A DNA stretch of 64,000 nt, taken from NCBI RefSeq assembly GCF_009914755.1, contig NC_060925.1; one strand, given 5' to 3'. The DNA comes from the human T2T-CHM13v2.0 reference genome, Homo sapiens. Under the pieces are notes generated by a model. It made no database searches and was not told where the DNA came from. It saw only the letters and a program-made list of their open reading frames with translations. The translations under genes and the position numbers were made by a program. Below are positions 1-18,452 of this stretch, in pieces (position 1 is the first letter of the stretch; each line of letters opens with the position of its first letter).

Positions 1-705
1 CCTAAAATTTTATCATTTTCCCATAAAAAGTACATTCATTCCATCCCAATAGGCCCCCAAATCTTAACTCATTCCAGCATCAATAGTTCAAGTCCAAAGT
101 CTCATGCGAATATCATTTAAATCAGATATGGGTGAGACTCAAAGGTGTGATTCATCCTAAGGCAAATCTCCTCCAGCTATGAGTTTATGAAATCAAACAA
201 GTTAGGTGCTTTCAAAATATAATGTTATGACAGGCCTAGGACAGACATTCCCATTGCAAAAGGAAAAAACAGGAAAGAAAATGGATAATAGGTCCTGACC
301 AAGTCTAAAACTGAAGAGGGCAAATGTTACATCTTAAGGCTTCAAAATAATCTTCTTTGACTGGAATTCCCATCTTCCAGACACACTGGCTGGGGTTGGG
401 TGCTTAAATTTCCAGTAGCATCCATAGCTTTGCTGGGTACAGCCCATGCTGCAGTTGTCATGGGTAGAAGTCTGGTGCCTTTGGTTCTCTTAGGCTGGAG
501 TTGCATGCTGGTGGCTTTAACAGTCTATGGTGTTGGAGGTTGTCCTGCCCTCATTAGGCGTTGTCCTAATAGGGGCTATCAGTAATGACCCACTCCTGTG
601 GCAGGCCATTCTGTGCCTGGGCCCTGCTGCTCTCTGGGACATCCTTCCAAACCTAGGGAGGCAGCCATATCCCCACAGCTTGTGTACTTTGCAGACTGCA
701 CTTTG
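1..705 (-). mobile_element. MaLR (MLT1/MST-type) internal region fragment, runs off window start
   Basis: Motifs typical of reverse-complemented MaLR-int (cattccatcccaat..tcttaactcattccagcat..gtccaaagtctca..gctttgctgggtacagcc); degenerate, no ORF. Confidence 0.8.
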
Positions 706-1810
706 TGCTAGATTCCTCCTTTCTGGGCAGGGAAAGTCAGCAGCCCAAGTCAGGGGCTCATAGATAAAACTCCCATCTCCCTGGGACAGAGCACTTGGGG
801 GAAGGAGCAGCTGTGGGCCCAGCTTTAGCAGACTTAAACGTTCCTGCTTTTTGGCTCTGAAGAGAGCAGCAGATATCCCAGCACAGTGCTTGAGCTCTGC
901 TAAAGGACAGACTGCCTCCTCAAGTGGATCCCTGACCCCCATGCCTATTGACTGGGAGACACCCCCAGCAGGGGTTGACAGACACCTCATACAGAAGAGC
1001 TATGGGTGGCATCTGGAAGGGGCCCCTCTGGGACAAAGCTTCCAGAGGAAGGAACAGGTGTCAATCTTTGCTGTTCTGCAGCCTCTGCTCCAGGCAAACA
1101 GGGTCTGGAGTGGACCTCCAGCAAACTCCAGCAGACCTGCAGCAGAGGGGCCTGACTGTTAGAAGGAAAACTAACAAATAGAAAGGAATAGCATCAACAT
1201 CAACAAAAAGGACATCACTGAAAAACCCCATCTGAAGGTCACCAACATCAAAGACCAAAGGTAGATAAATCCATGAAGTTGACAAAAAATCAGCACAAAA
1301 AGGCTGAAAATTCCAAAAACCAGAATGCCTCTTCTCCTCCAAAGGATCACAACCCCTCGCCAACAAGTGAACAAAACTGGACGGAGAATGAGTTTGATAA
1401 ATTGACAGAAGTAGGCTTCAGAAGGTGGGTAATAACAAACCCCACTGAGCTAAAGGAGTATGTTCTAACCCAATGTAAGGAAGCTGAGAACCTTGAAAAA
1501 AGGTTAGAGGAATTGCTAACTAGAATATCCAGTTTAGAGAAGAACATAAATGACCTGTGGAGCTGAAAAACACAGCACGAGAACTTCATGAAGCATAAAC
1601 AAGTATTAATAGCCAAACCGACCAAGCAGAAGAAAGGATATCAGAGATTGAAGATCGACTTAATGAAATAAAGTTTCATTTTATGAAACTTTATAAACTT
1701 TATTCATTTTCTCTAATGAAATGAATGAAAAAAGAATGAAAAGGAATGAACAAAGCTGCCAAGAAATATGGGACTATGTGAAAAGACCAAACGTACGTTT
1801 GATTGATGTA
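706..1810 (+). mobile_element. L1PA7/8-like internal fragment: 3' part of 5'UTR plus N-terminal ORF1 (ORF1 remnant 1273-1566, continuing ~1721-1810)
   Basis: ORF1p-like translation KNQHKKAENSKNQNASSPPKDHN..NEFDKLTEVGFRRWVITN and NEQSCQEIWDYVKRPN; no 3' end or poly(A). Confidence 0.9.
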
Positions 1811-2405
1811 CGACCAGCACTAGAACTGGGCTGGGTCAGATCTGAAGCCAGCACAGCAAAGGACCTTCCCTTCAGGGTGGTGAGTTCTCCCAGGCCCCAG
1901 GTGTGTCCAGAGATACTATCTGGTGGCCAGGGATTAGAATAAAAAAAAATAGCATTTTACCTGATATTCTATTTTACTGTGGCTAAGTTGACATTCAAAC
2001 CACAATACGATGTCCTTTCTGCCTTTGCCTTTCCTTTCCACAGGCAGAGTAGCCTGTCCCTGTGGCCACCATCACCACTGGTCCCTGGAAGGTTCTGTCG
2101 GACCAGTGCTGATGTTTGTTTAAAGTCCATTGTCTCTTCTGTCAGCTTGTAGTAAATGGTGCCAGGCTTGGGACTCACCCTTCTGGCCCAAGGCAGGTCT
2201 AGAAATGCTGACCAAGAGCCTAGGTCTCAACTTGGGGGCCCCAAGTGCCTGCTTGTTTGCTCTACCTTACTGTGGCCGAGATGGTACTCTATTTTTGGTT
2301 CTTGTGACAGTGCTTTTCTATGTGCAGATAGTTGTTAAAATTTGGTGTTCCAGTGGGGGATGGATGGTGTAGGCTTCTATTCCATCATCTTTCTTTGCCC
2401 CCCGA
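1811..2405 (-). mobile_element. Old L1 (L1M/L1MA-type) 5' region fragment
   Basis: gaagccagcacagc..cccttcaggg..gtcagcttgt..ggactcaccctt..ctattccatcatctt pattern recalled for antisense L1M 5'UTR. Confidence 0.65.
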
Positions 2406-2409
2406 TTTT

Positions 2410-3520
2410 CTTTTTTATTTCTTCTTTGACCCCAGTGGTGTTCAAGATGTGTGTTTGTTTGACTTCCACATATTTGTGAAATTTTCAGGTTTTCTTTCCA
2501 CTATTAATACCTAGTTTCACTCTATTAATAAAGATACTTGGTATTATTTCAGTCTTCTTAACAATTTTAAGATCTAATTTGTGACCTAACATGTGATCTA
2601 TGCTGGAGAAAGTTCCATGTGACTTGAGAAGAATGTGTATTCTGCTGCTGTTAGGTGGTATGAACTATATATATCTGTTAGGTACATTTAGCCTATAGTG
2701 TTGTTCAAATCTTTTGTTTCCTTATTTATCTTCTATCTAGATGTTTTATCCATTACTGAAAGTGGGATTTTTGAAGTATCCTATTATTTTATTGCTATCT
2801 ATTTCTCCTTTCAGCTCAGTCAATGTTAGCTTTATATATTTAGGTTCTCTGAAGTTGGGTACATATACATTTATAATTGTTATATATTCCTGGCAGATTG
2901 ACCCTTTTATCATTATGTAATGTCCTTTTTTCTCTCCTGACAGTTTTTGGCTTAATGTCTAATTTTTTTTTTCTGATATGACAATGCTTGCTCTCTTTGG
3001 TTACCATTTATAAGAAATATCTTTTTTCTTCCTTTCACTTTCAGCCTATGTAGGTCCTTAAATCTAAAGTGAGTTTCTTGTAGACCGCATATAGTTGTGT
3101 TTTGATTTTTAATCCACTCAGCCACTGTATGCCTCCCTCAACTCACTAGACTGTGCCAGTCCTGTCATAAATCCAAGACTAGAAAGACACAAACTAGGCC
3201 TCTTGGAAGCCCCCTCAGAAAGTTGGGGGTACAGGATATGTATTAACTCATTCCTTCCCTTGGAAGAAGCTGGGAGCTAGGGGGAATCTTCCTGATTATG
3301 TGGTGTTGTGCTAGGAGCAGGGATCTGGTGACAGGGTGTCTTGACTCTCCCTACTAGCTTCCATGAGTCTGGTTTCATGTTTGCCCAGGTTGCAAGAGAC
3401 TTTCAATTAGTTTCTTAATTTCTCATGAAAGGAATTTGTGAATTGTTGCTAAATTAGTTGCTAGTGGGAGGGGAAATATTCAGGGCTTCCTACTCTGCCA
3501 TCTTGCTAAAGTTACCTCCT
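2410..3520 (-). mobile_element. Old L1M: endonuclease-region fragment (2410-3130) joined to a 5'-end fragment (3140-3520)
   Basis: ttgagaagaatgtgtattctgctgctgtt and attgaccccttttatcattat are antisense ORF2 EN-region motifs; ends in ctctgccatcttg (reverse complement of CAAGATGGC L1 5' end). Confidence 0.75.
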
Positions 3521-3552
3521 ATCATTTTTAAAAATAGGTTAAGAAAAATATT

Positions 3553-3768
3553 TTGAAATAATCAATAACATGAGATTATATATATAATCTGCTTAATAGA
3601 ATGACTAGCACATAATATGTGCTGAATTCTATCTACTAATACTACTGGTAATGATAGTAATTGAAATATTCAATAACATGAGATAATATATATTACATTC
3701 TTAATCAAATGACTGGTACATAATATGTGCTGAGTGCTATCTAATAATACTACTGGTAATGATAGTAA
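3553..3768. repeat. Tandem duplication, 2 x 108 bp
   Basis: Copies 3553-3660 and 3661-3768 both run ttgaaata..caataacatgagat..cataatatgtgctga..tactactggtaatgatagtaa. Confidence 0.9.
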
Positions 3769-4030
3769 TAATGATAATAATGATATTAACTTGCCCAATG
3801 TCACAAAAGCAGTGATGCTAAAATTTAATCCAGGAGTCCTGATAATTTTGAAAATCAGTTTGTCAAGGTGATTCTGTATATATTTTATATATTATACAAA
3901 AATGTTCTTACACAGGAAGCTTGATAAGGAAAAACAAGTCAATCACCCATAATTCTACCATTTCAATATAATAGGTATCATTGTTCAATGTGATTTTAGA
4001 TTTATAAAGTTTGCTTTAAAAAGTATTGCT

Positions 4031-4341
<311 letters not shown>

Positions 4342-5059
4342 TTAATTTGTCCTCTACATTCTAGGAACCTTCTGTTTTTGTTTTTGCTTTTGTTTTTTCA
4401 GGGCAGAAAATAAACAAGCAAATTGTTTTTTCTTGCTCCTTTTTTCCCATAGCCTTAAAATATCTAGACTGTACATCCAGTTATTGTAAATTAAAATTAT
4501 GATAGATCAGCAATGATTCAGGTAAAAGAAAAGTTTATAAAGAGAAAAATTGGAAAATGTTGATAGTTGTGGCTATGGAAATACCTAATGATTTATTTAA
4601 TTGAAACATAATATTAATTTATCTGATGGAGTTAAATACAGTGTTATGATGAGCAATCTATCCCTTCTCATCTGTTCTCTGACTAAAGTTATATTATCAC
4701 AAAGGATATTGAAGAGGTGTTCATCATTTTCTTCTCTTTTACACACACTATCAATGTGAGAATTCATATATACCCCTTATTCTGTTCCCCCTGCCCACTC
4801 CACCCCCAGTAATCTCTTAGCAGTGATTAAAAAATAGCTTTATTCATTTATATCAACTTGTATTTTTTAATAAATAATAGAAATCCAATTAGAAATTCAA
4901 TTAGAATTTGACTTTGCTAACCTCTCTATGAGATGGATTTCTGACCTCAGTAGTATTAGAGTCTTCAGCTCATCAAAGACAGTAAGTATGCTCATGATAC
5001 TTTTCAGAGGGAAGAAAGAACTTAAGCACTATGTAACTACTACCTTAGTCTTGGCTTCC

Positions 5060-5500
5060 ATTTGTCAACGTTGTTTCTTGTACTTCTGCAATGGTTACCT
5101 ATCTAATTATCTTGTCTCCATTTTCTGTATCCCAAATTTACCCCCTATATAACCATAAGAATTATATTCTTTTAGTAACAGACATTTGATCGTATTGTCC
5201 TTCAATCTTTTCCCTTAATATCTTTCAGTGCCTCCGCAATACCTTTAGGATGAGTCTAAACTTTTTGTTATGGTACACAGGGTCTTTCATGATCCAGATT
5301 CTTCTTATCTCCCCAACCTTATGCCTTTTTATTTCACATTAAACATTCAGCCATATCTACAACGGAAGTTCCTAACATATGTTATTATTTATTGTGCCTT
5401 TTTGCTTTTGCATCTGCCTTTTCCTTCCCTTAGAACACACTTACCCTCCTTTTCCAGGGTAACTTTTCATCCTTTATAAATCAGCTTTTGCATCATCTAA
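5060..5500 (+). mobile_element. L2 fragment
   Basis: ctttcagtgcctcc..ctttaggatgagtctaaact..tcatgatcc resembles L2 3' region. Confidence 0.55.
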
Positions 5501-5509
5501 TGGTCATGT

Positions 5510-5936
5510 TTCATGACAGACACTGTATGCTATGTGTCCACCGAGTGCCACTTCCTCTTTCCCCTGGAATTACAATTAGACTGCTTTCCTAGGCTCCCTC
5601 AAAGTTAGATATGGCCTAGTGACTCAGTTCTGGTGAATGTGAGTGAAAGTGATTTATATCACTTCCAGACCTGCCTCTGAAAACATTCCATAGAATACTC
5701 TATGTCCTCTCCAGTTCCTCATCTTCAGGGCAGATATAATGGATCCTGGAGGACTTTAAGATCCTAGTGAGTGGTAAAGACACTAGACTGAAAAGCCTGG
5801 TAACCCCTTGGGCCCTCTGACTAGGCACATGCACACTGGACTACAGCATGAGCAAGGAGTAAACTTACATTGTGTTTAGTCTCCTTACATAGTGTTTAGA
5901 GTTTGTTGTAGCAGTTAGCCCACAATGACTAATACA
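5510..5936 (+). mobile_element. MLT1J-like solo LTR (MaLR)
   Basis: gttagatatggcctagtgactcagttctgg..gtgatttatatcacttcc; 3' end gtttgttgtagcagttagc..ctaataca. Confidence 0.75.
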
Positions 5937-6069
5937 CTTCCTTTGGTGTCCCTTTTCCTCCAAAGTCCCTACCACTCTGAAAAAGTTATATGTGAATAAA
6001 GCACCCTTATTCTCAGGCCCAGATCTAGGACTGGTTTATTTATCTAAATGAAAAAGTGAAAGTTTTCTT

Positions 6070-6548
6070 CCTCCTAAAATTCATATTCTGGTGGCCAAGA
6101 CAGCTAATAAATAATAAAACCATAAAATGTAACTTTAATCAATGATAAGTGCTGTCAAGTGAGATAAGGCTGGATAAGGGGATGGAGGATGGAGGGTGAG
6201 GGGTATTTTTTTTATAACGCATCAGAGAAGGCTCTTCTGATGATGTTACGTTGAACAGGCTCTGAATGTGAAGTGAGAGATAAGCTGTATGTAGTTTGAG
6301 AACTAGGCAGGGAATAGAAAGAGTTAAGAAACAGATGCAGAAAATAGTGTCGCTGTTTTATATTAGGACTATTAATAGCATGAAGAAGAGCAAGAACACT
6401 GATATGGCAGGAGCGTAGTGAATGAGAAGGAAAGAGGCAAGAGGGAGTTCAGGGAAGTAGTCTCAGGTTACAGAAAAACTTGAAGGGCCTAGGGTTTTAC
6501 TCTTTCAGAAGTTGGGGGAGAGGCACTGGAAGATAGTGAGCAGCTGAG
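6070..6548 (-). mobile_element. L2 fragment interrupted by the L1PA5-like insertion (resumes ~12743-12800)
   Basis: Purine-rich antisense L2 pattern; continuity gagcagctgagtgac / tgacattttgaaataattgctctggct. Confidence 0.6.
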
Positions 6549-6552
6549 TGAC

Positions 6553-12742
<6,190 letters not shown>

Positions 12743-13395
12743 TGACATTTTGAAATAATTGCTCTGGCTAATGAGTAGAGAATAGTCTGGGTCGTGGATT
12801 TATGTAGGCATACTCTCATCTGTCTGCAATGCCTTTGGCCCACCAAAGACTTTATCTCCAGTTCCTCCTGATCTAGGAAGTCAAAGCTATGTGCTTCAGC
12901 ACATTTTTCTGTTGGTCTCATGTCTGACCTCAGGTGATTTCCCTAATTTTCATCTCTCAAATGTGTTGCCAGAAACTCTGGTTGCTTCTGTTTTTCAGTG
13001 AAGTAAGAAGTAAGCCTTTAGTTAGATAAGAATGGGAGTGTTGATGGGAAGAAAGAGGAGACTGGTTGGCTTTGAGAGTGGGAGAGTAAATTCACTAGGG
13101 AAATGTAGGTTTTAAAATTTTTGCTTTTTTATGAAGTAAAAAGGGATCAGGCAGGGATCAGCATTGTGTCCAAGATGAGCAAGAGAAATATTAAAATATA
13201 TAGTCTTTTCCCGAGAAATGTCAACTAATTGGAGAAACAATGAGTACCACATGAAATAATTACATGGCTATATTTCATTCATTCAACCACTATTAATTCA
13301 ACAATAGTTTATTAATGCTTATTCCAAAGCAGAAGACTAAAACACAGGTCCTACTCTAAGTTTAACAGAGAAAAAAATAAAAACAAGTTCTTTAA

Positions 13396-14305
13396 AATGC
13401 AAATCAAAACTACAATGACATATCATTTCACCCCAGTTAAAATGGCATATATCTGAAAGACAAGCAATTACAAATGCTGGTGAGGATATGGTGAAAAGGA
13501 AACCCTCATACACTGTTGGTGGGAATGTAAATTTATGCAACCACTATGGAGAACGGTTTGGACGTTCCTCAAAACATGAAAAATAGAGCTACCATATGAT
13601 CTAGCAAGTCCATGGCTATGTATATACCTAAAAGAAAGGAAATCAGTGTATTGAAGAGATATCTGCATTCCCATGTTTGTTCAGTTCTGTTCACAACAGC
13701 AAAGATTTGGAAGCAACCTAAGCGTCCATCAACAAATGAATTGATAAAGAAAATGTGGTACATATGCACAATGGAGTACTATTCAGCCATAAAAAAGGAT
13801 GAGACCCAGTCATTTGCAACAACATGGATGGAACTGGAGGTCATTCTGTTGAGTGATATAAGCCAGGAACAGAAAGACAAAGTTTGCATATTCTTACTTA
13901 TTTATGAGATCTAAAAATTAAAACAATTTAACCTATGAACATAGAGAATAGAGGAATCGGTATCAGAGTCTGGGAAGGGTAGTGAGGGAGGGGCTGGGGA
14001 GGTGGAGATGGTTAATGGGTGCAAAAAATTGGATGAATGAATAAGACCTAGTATTTGATAGCACAACAGGGTGAGAATAGTCAATAATAATTTAATTCTA
14101 CATTTTAAAATAACTAAAATAATATATAACTGGATTGCAACACAAAGGATAAATGCTTGAGGGGATAGATGGCCCATTTTACATGATGTGATTATTAGAC
14201 ATTGCATGCCTGCATCAAAACATCTAATATACCCCATTAATATATTAATGTGTACCTACTATGTACCTACAAAAGTTAAAATAAAATTTTATTTAAAAAT
14301 TAAAG
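13396..14305 (+). mobile_element. 5'-truncated L1MA2/3-like 3' end
   Basis: ORF2 C-terminal remnant (LFTTAKIWKQPKRPS..MEYYSAIKK), L1MA 3'UTR; 19-bp TSD ataaaaacaagttctttaa (13377-13395) / ataaaaatgagttctctaa (14306-14324). Confidence 0.9.
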
Positions 14306-15880
14306 ATAAAAATGAGTTCTCTAAGAGAGGTGTGTACACAACACTATGAGAGCACCAAACAGGCAACTATCCAGTTTGTTTGATGGAGGGAATATGGGTG
14401 ATCAAGAACAGCTGTAGATAGGTGAGCTGAGTCTTGAAGGATAAATAGGAAAGTCTAGATACATGGGTGGAATAGGCAGAGTAGTAAAAGACTCAGTTAG
14501 AGAATTGAAAATACTATGTAATTCAAAGATGAGATTATCACTGGGGTTTGATGTAGTCAGGGAAGGCTGCATAAAGGAATTGGGACTTGAAAAGACTTGA
14601 AAGAGAACAAATGGTGTAGATTTTAGGCTGGGAAAAGTGTATATAACAGAGGCAGGAATATTCATGGCATATGCTGGGGATGATTAGGGGAAATACGTGA
14701 TATGAGCAGTCTTAATCTTAAGCACTGTACATGTACAAGTTGCCTTCTTCTGCGGCGTTGTAGGTGTGATGGGGTAGAGAGAGGCTAGATGGAGTGATCG
14801 GACTAGATTGTAGAGGATTGTGCCTCACTCCAGGGTATATATCTGATGTTTAATTGTCTTCGGATGAATATGAAAGAAGATATTTTCCCCTTTGTCTATT
14901 TCTGCCTCAGATAGCCCTAGCACATTATTGTCTCTACTCTGGTTCCTTCAATTATGGAGAACATCTGGTGATGCACTACCATCCCGCAGGAGGGAAGCTA
15001 GGTGGCACTGCATTACTGCCCAGCAACTGCTCCTTCAGGAACCTTTGGTTTTAAATCAGTGTTGATGAATATAAAACCATGCAGTGAGAAAAATGGCCTG
15101 GAAACCGTCTAGAGAAAGGAATTTTGTTTCTTTTGTAAATTTTAATGTAATGAACTATTGTTATTTGGCCCAAAATTAGCTAGCTGATCTGCCTGAATTC
15201 TGCTATCAAGGGCATAACTCTATCAGCAGATGAAGATCACATTGTATTTTGCTATTTGGGAAATTCTTTATTATATTCTGTAAGGAAAGTGTTGAAGTTA
15301 TTAAAGATATGTCACTATCTCTTTCTAACCTTCCATAAAGGGAAAACTGTCCTTTTTGTTTTTCAGCTAGAATTCAAAAGACAGAAATAAAGCTGCCTTT
15401 TCCCCCAGGCCACTTAGTGATAGAATTAGTAATCCCACCGAGGGCTAATGATAGCTAAATAGGCGTTTGCCTGGATAAGCTGCTGCTGTTTTGATTTTCT
15501 TGAAGTTTTTTTTTTTTTTTCCTGAGGAAAGTAGCATGAGGAACTCAGGTAATTTAATAGTACCCTATACCTGTTGTAAAAATAAGGTGCTTGCCTCCAG
15601 AGGAGAGTGAGCCCGGGGGAAAGTGTCTAGACACTCTGTACTGATAGAACATGTTGGTCTAGACATAAATTTGCCTCTTAAGAAGTCAAATACAATGGAG
15701 AAGATAAAGCAGACTTATCTAACAGTAAACCTATTTTAGAGAGGCATTTGGTAGACTAAAATCTTCCCCTCCTCATTTTTCTCCTGACTTCTAGTTATTA
15801 TGGTGTGAAATTATATTACCTAAATTAATAAAGTTGTACAAAGCATCTAACCACAATTTTACTTAAAACATCAATTTCAA

Positions 15881-15902
15881 ATAATAATAATAATAATAAT
15901 AA
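15881..15902. repeat. (ATA)n microsatellite
   Basis: About 7 ATA units. Confidence 0.85.
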
Positions 15903-17934
15903 GGGGCTAGATGGGCCACTGACCATGGATGAGAGCTTATTTGGGGTCAGTAAGAGTCAGCTGAGGAGAGATGTAAACTCTGCAGGATTGTACAATGTAC
16001 AGAGAGTGGGAATGTGACTCTATGCTAATCTTTGAAGTGCAGCAGAGAGTAGAGAAGCTTGAGAGATCAGCTGCAACCCCAGTCCATAAAGCAGGATAAG
16101 GCTGTAATAGATCAACAGAGTCAAGAACCCAATTGTAATAAATGGAAGTAGAAGCAGGGGCGGGACCAGAAAGGAGAGCCTGCAGGGGACTGGCTTAATG
16201 GTACCAGATTGACTACAGGAAACCATTTTGTTTTCTAGGGTCCTTCCTAGTTGCATGCTGACCTATTTTTTACACAGCTGAAATGATCACTCATGTTTAA
16301 TGAGCTTTAATTCTCTTCTCTGTGAAGGTGAAAGAATGATTGGAATCAACATGTTTTTGGACTTGCCCTGAATCACATTTTTACTACCCTCATGCATAGT
16401 TGCACAGTTTTATATTTCCAGCATTGTGTTGAAACACATACCCTTGGGTCCTAGTACTATAAATAAGGTGGAACTGTCTTGTCCAAAAGTAACAGTAAAA
16501 GGGGCCATTCAAAACTCAATAAGATGTCAGGACACACTGAAAAATTAGTTAGTGAAATAAGCATTGTAGACAAATATTCTGCAAAATAACCAGGTTTTTA
16601 AGAACCTGATTTTGATTAACTGAAAAGTCAGGGGAAAAAAAAGACGTAGAATGTTTCCTATTGTGACTTTGTTTGCATGTTCTGATTATCTTAGTTTGGA
16701 ATCAATCAATTGTGGTTTTAAAAAGTCCTGAATATTTCTCCATAGAACATGTAGACCAATTTGAAAAACAATAATCCAAGCAAACAAAAAACAAACTCAG
16801 TTCTTGGTAAAAAGTCTGATTTTCTGTTGAGTAAAATTTTATTGTCAAAATCTTTCTTTTCCCCTCAATCACAATCTTTCTGTATTTTATACAATTTGGG
16901 AAACATATTTCTTTACTTCAGAAAGTCATGAAAGTTACAGATATCTGAACCAGCTTGTAAGCCCTGTGGCTTTAACTCAGGACCAAATCATTATAATTAT
17001 TCATACTAATAATAGCAAACATTTATGAAGCAGTTATTATATGCTACAGTCTATATTATGCTGTTTATATCTATTAATCAATTTAATTATAATAATAATT
17101 CTATAAAGTAAGTTGTTGATTTAGTAAAATTAAAAGGAGTTTTCTGATATCATGTAATGATTCCTGGAATCTTCTGAATGTTGTGAAGTTTTTCTTAACC
17201 TAAAGTATTCCTTTCAGATTTGCCTTGAAGAAAATGTTCTAAGGATCCTTGTTCCTCCCTAACATCCCAATTTTCCAAAGCAGAAAGCTGACTGGGGACT
17301 TGAGAAGAGCATCTAATTTCTTGATTTCTAACTTAGACATATTATTTCTGCAAAACTAGAATTTATTATGCTTCTCAGCAACTTTACTGAAAAACACATC
17401 ACATTCCACTGGCTAGAAAAAGATGGTTTGTTCTGTTCTCTTAAAAAATGCATAATTGTGCATTTCACTGCAGCAAAAGTTAAGACATTTTCTCTTTCTC
17501 AGCAGGCCAAAGGTAGGCAATGCTCTGGCTATAACTTTCTGTTGTCCCAAGTGTCTCATTGGAAGCGTGGATTGTGGCTGGGAATTTTGCTCCTGACATG
17601 CTTCTGGGAGTCAAGGGAGGTGTCTAATGCCAACCAGTCTCTTCATTTTCAAAAATAGGGGCAATGCAAACATCTCATTTATTTGGTTTTCAAAAATGTC
17701 CTCATTCATCATGTCCCTTGTTTCCATTTTGATAACCCATGATAGTATGCTGCTTTCAATTTGGCATAAGTGGTACAAGGTTAATGTCAGTCAGCTTTGT
17801 TGGATGCCTATATCCTTTTGAGGCTTGTTTTTGTATTTACTTTCCACATGAAGATCATGAGTTTGAGACTGGCTGAAAATGTTCAATCTCTGTAAATGTC
17901 TCAGGGCACACTTAGTCTGGTGTCATGAGAAAGC

Positions 17935-18275
17935 CTGGAAGCACTGGGTCTAGGGTCTACATCCCAGCTTCATTGATCATTAGCTCTGGCATCATGGAAC
18001 AGTGACAATCTCTTGGAGCCTCAGTTTCTTTAACTGTAAATCCGGTGGGTTAGATAAAACAATAGATTATAACAATATTAATATTATTAATAATAACTGA
18101 AATTTTTGAGTGTTTTGACAGGAACTTTACATGGCTTCTCTCACTTAATCATCAAAGCAGCATTATGAGGCAGGAACTATTATTACCCCACTTCGCAGAG
18201 GAGTCAACTGAGTTCATTTATTTGTTTAGCATAATGTAAGTGGTGAAGACAATACTGAGGCCAGGGCACCTGACT
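17935..18275. mobile_element. Two MIR fragments in opposite orientation
   Basis: MIR core gagcctcagtttctttaactgtaaa, and reverse core tattattaccccacttcgcagaggagtcaactgag. Confidence 0.65.
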
Positions 18276-18279
18276 TTAT

Positions 18280-18452
18280 CTATTCGCAAAGTGTGAACTG
18301 CAGACCAGCAGCATAAACAATACCTGGGAGCTTGTTCAAAAGGCAAATTCTTGGGTGCACTCTAGACTGACTCAAAACCTTTTGGGTGATGTTCAGGACT
18401 CTGTGTTTTAACAAGCTCTGTGGGTGATTTAACACTGAAAGTGGAAGCTCTG
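18280..18452. mobile_element. MER5A-like hAT-Charlie MITE
   Basis: caaagtgtg..agaccagcagcat..cctgggagcttgtt..gcaaattcttgg..ctgtgttttaacaagctc. Confidence 0.8.

Noticed and set aside
17503-17512. Possible microexon (ttctctttctcag|caggccaaag|gtaggc); similar 25-nt candidate at 19198-19222
   Set aside because: Lengths (10/7 and 25 nt) are not frame-preserving, and such motif pairs arise by chance in 64 kb.
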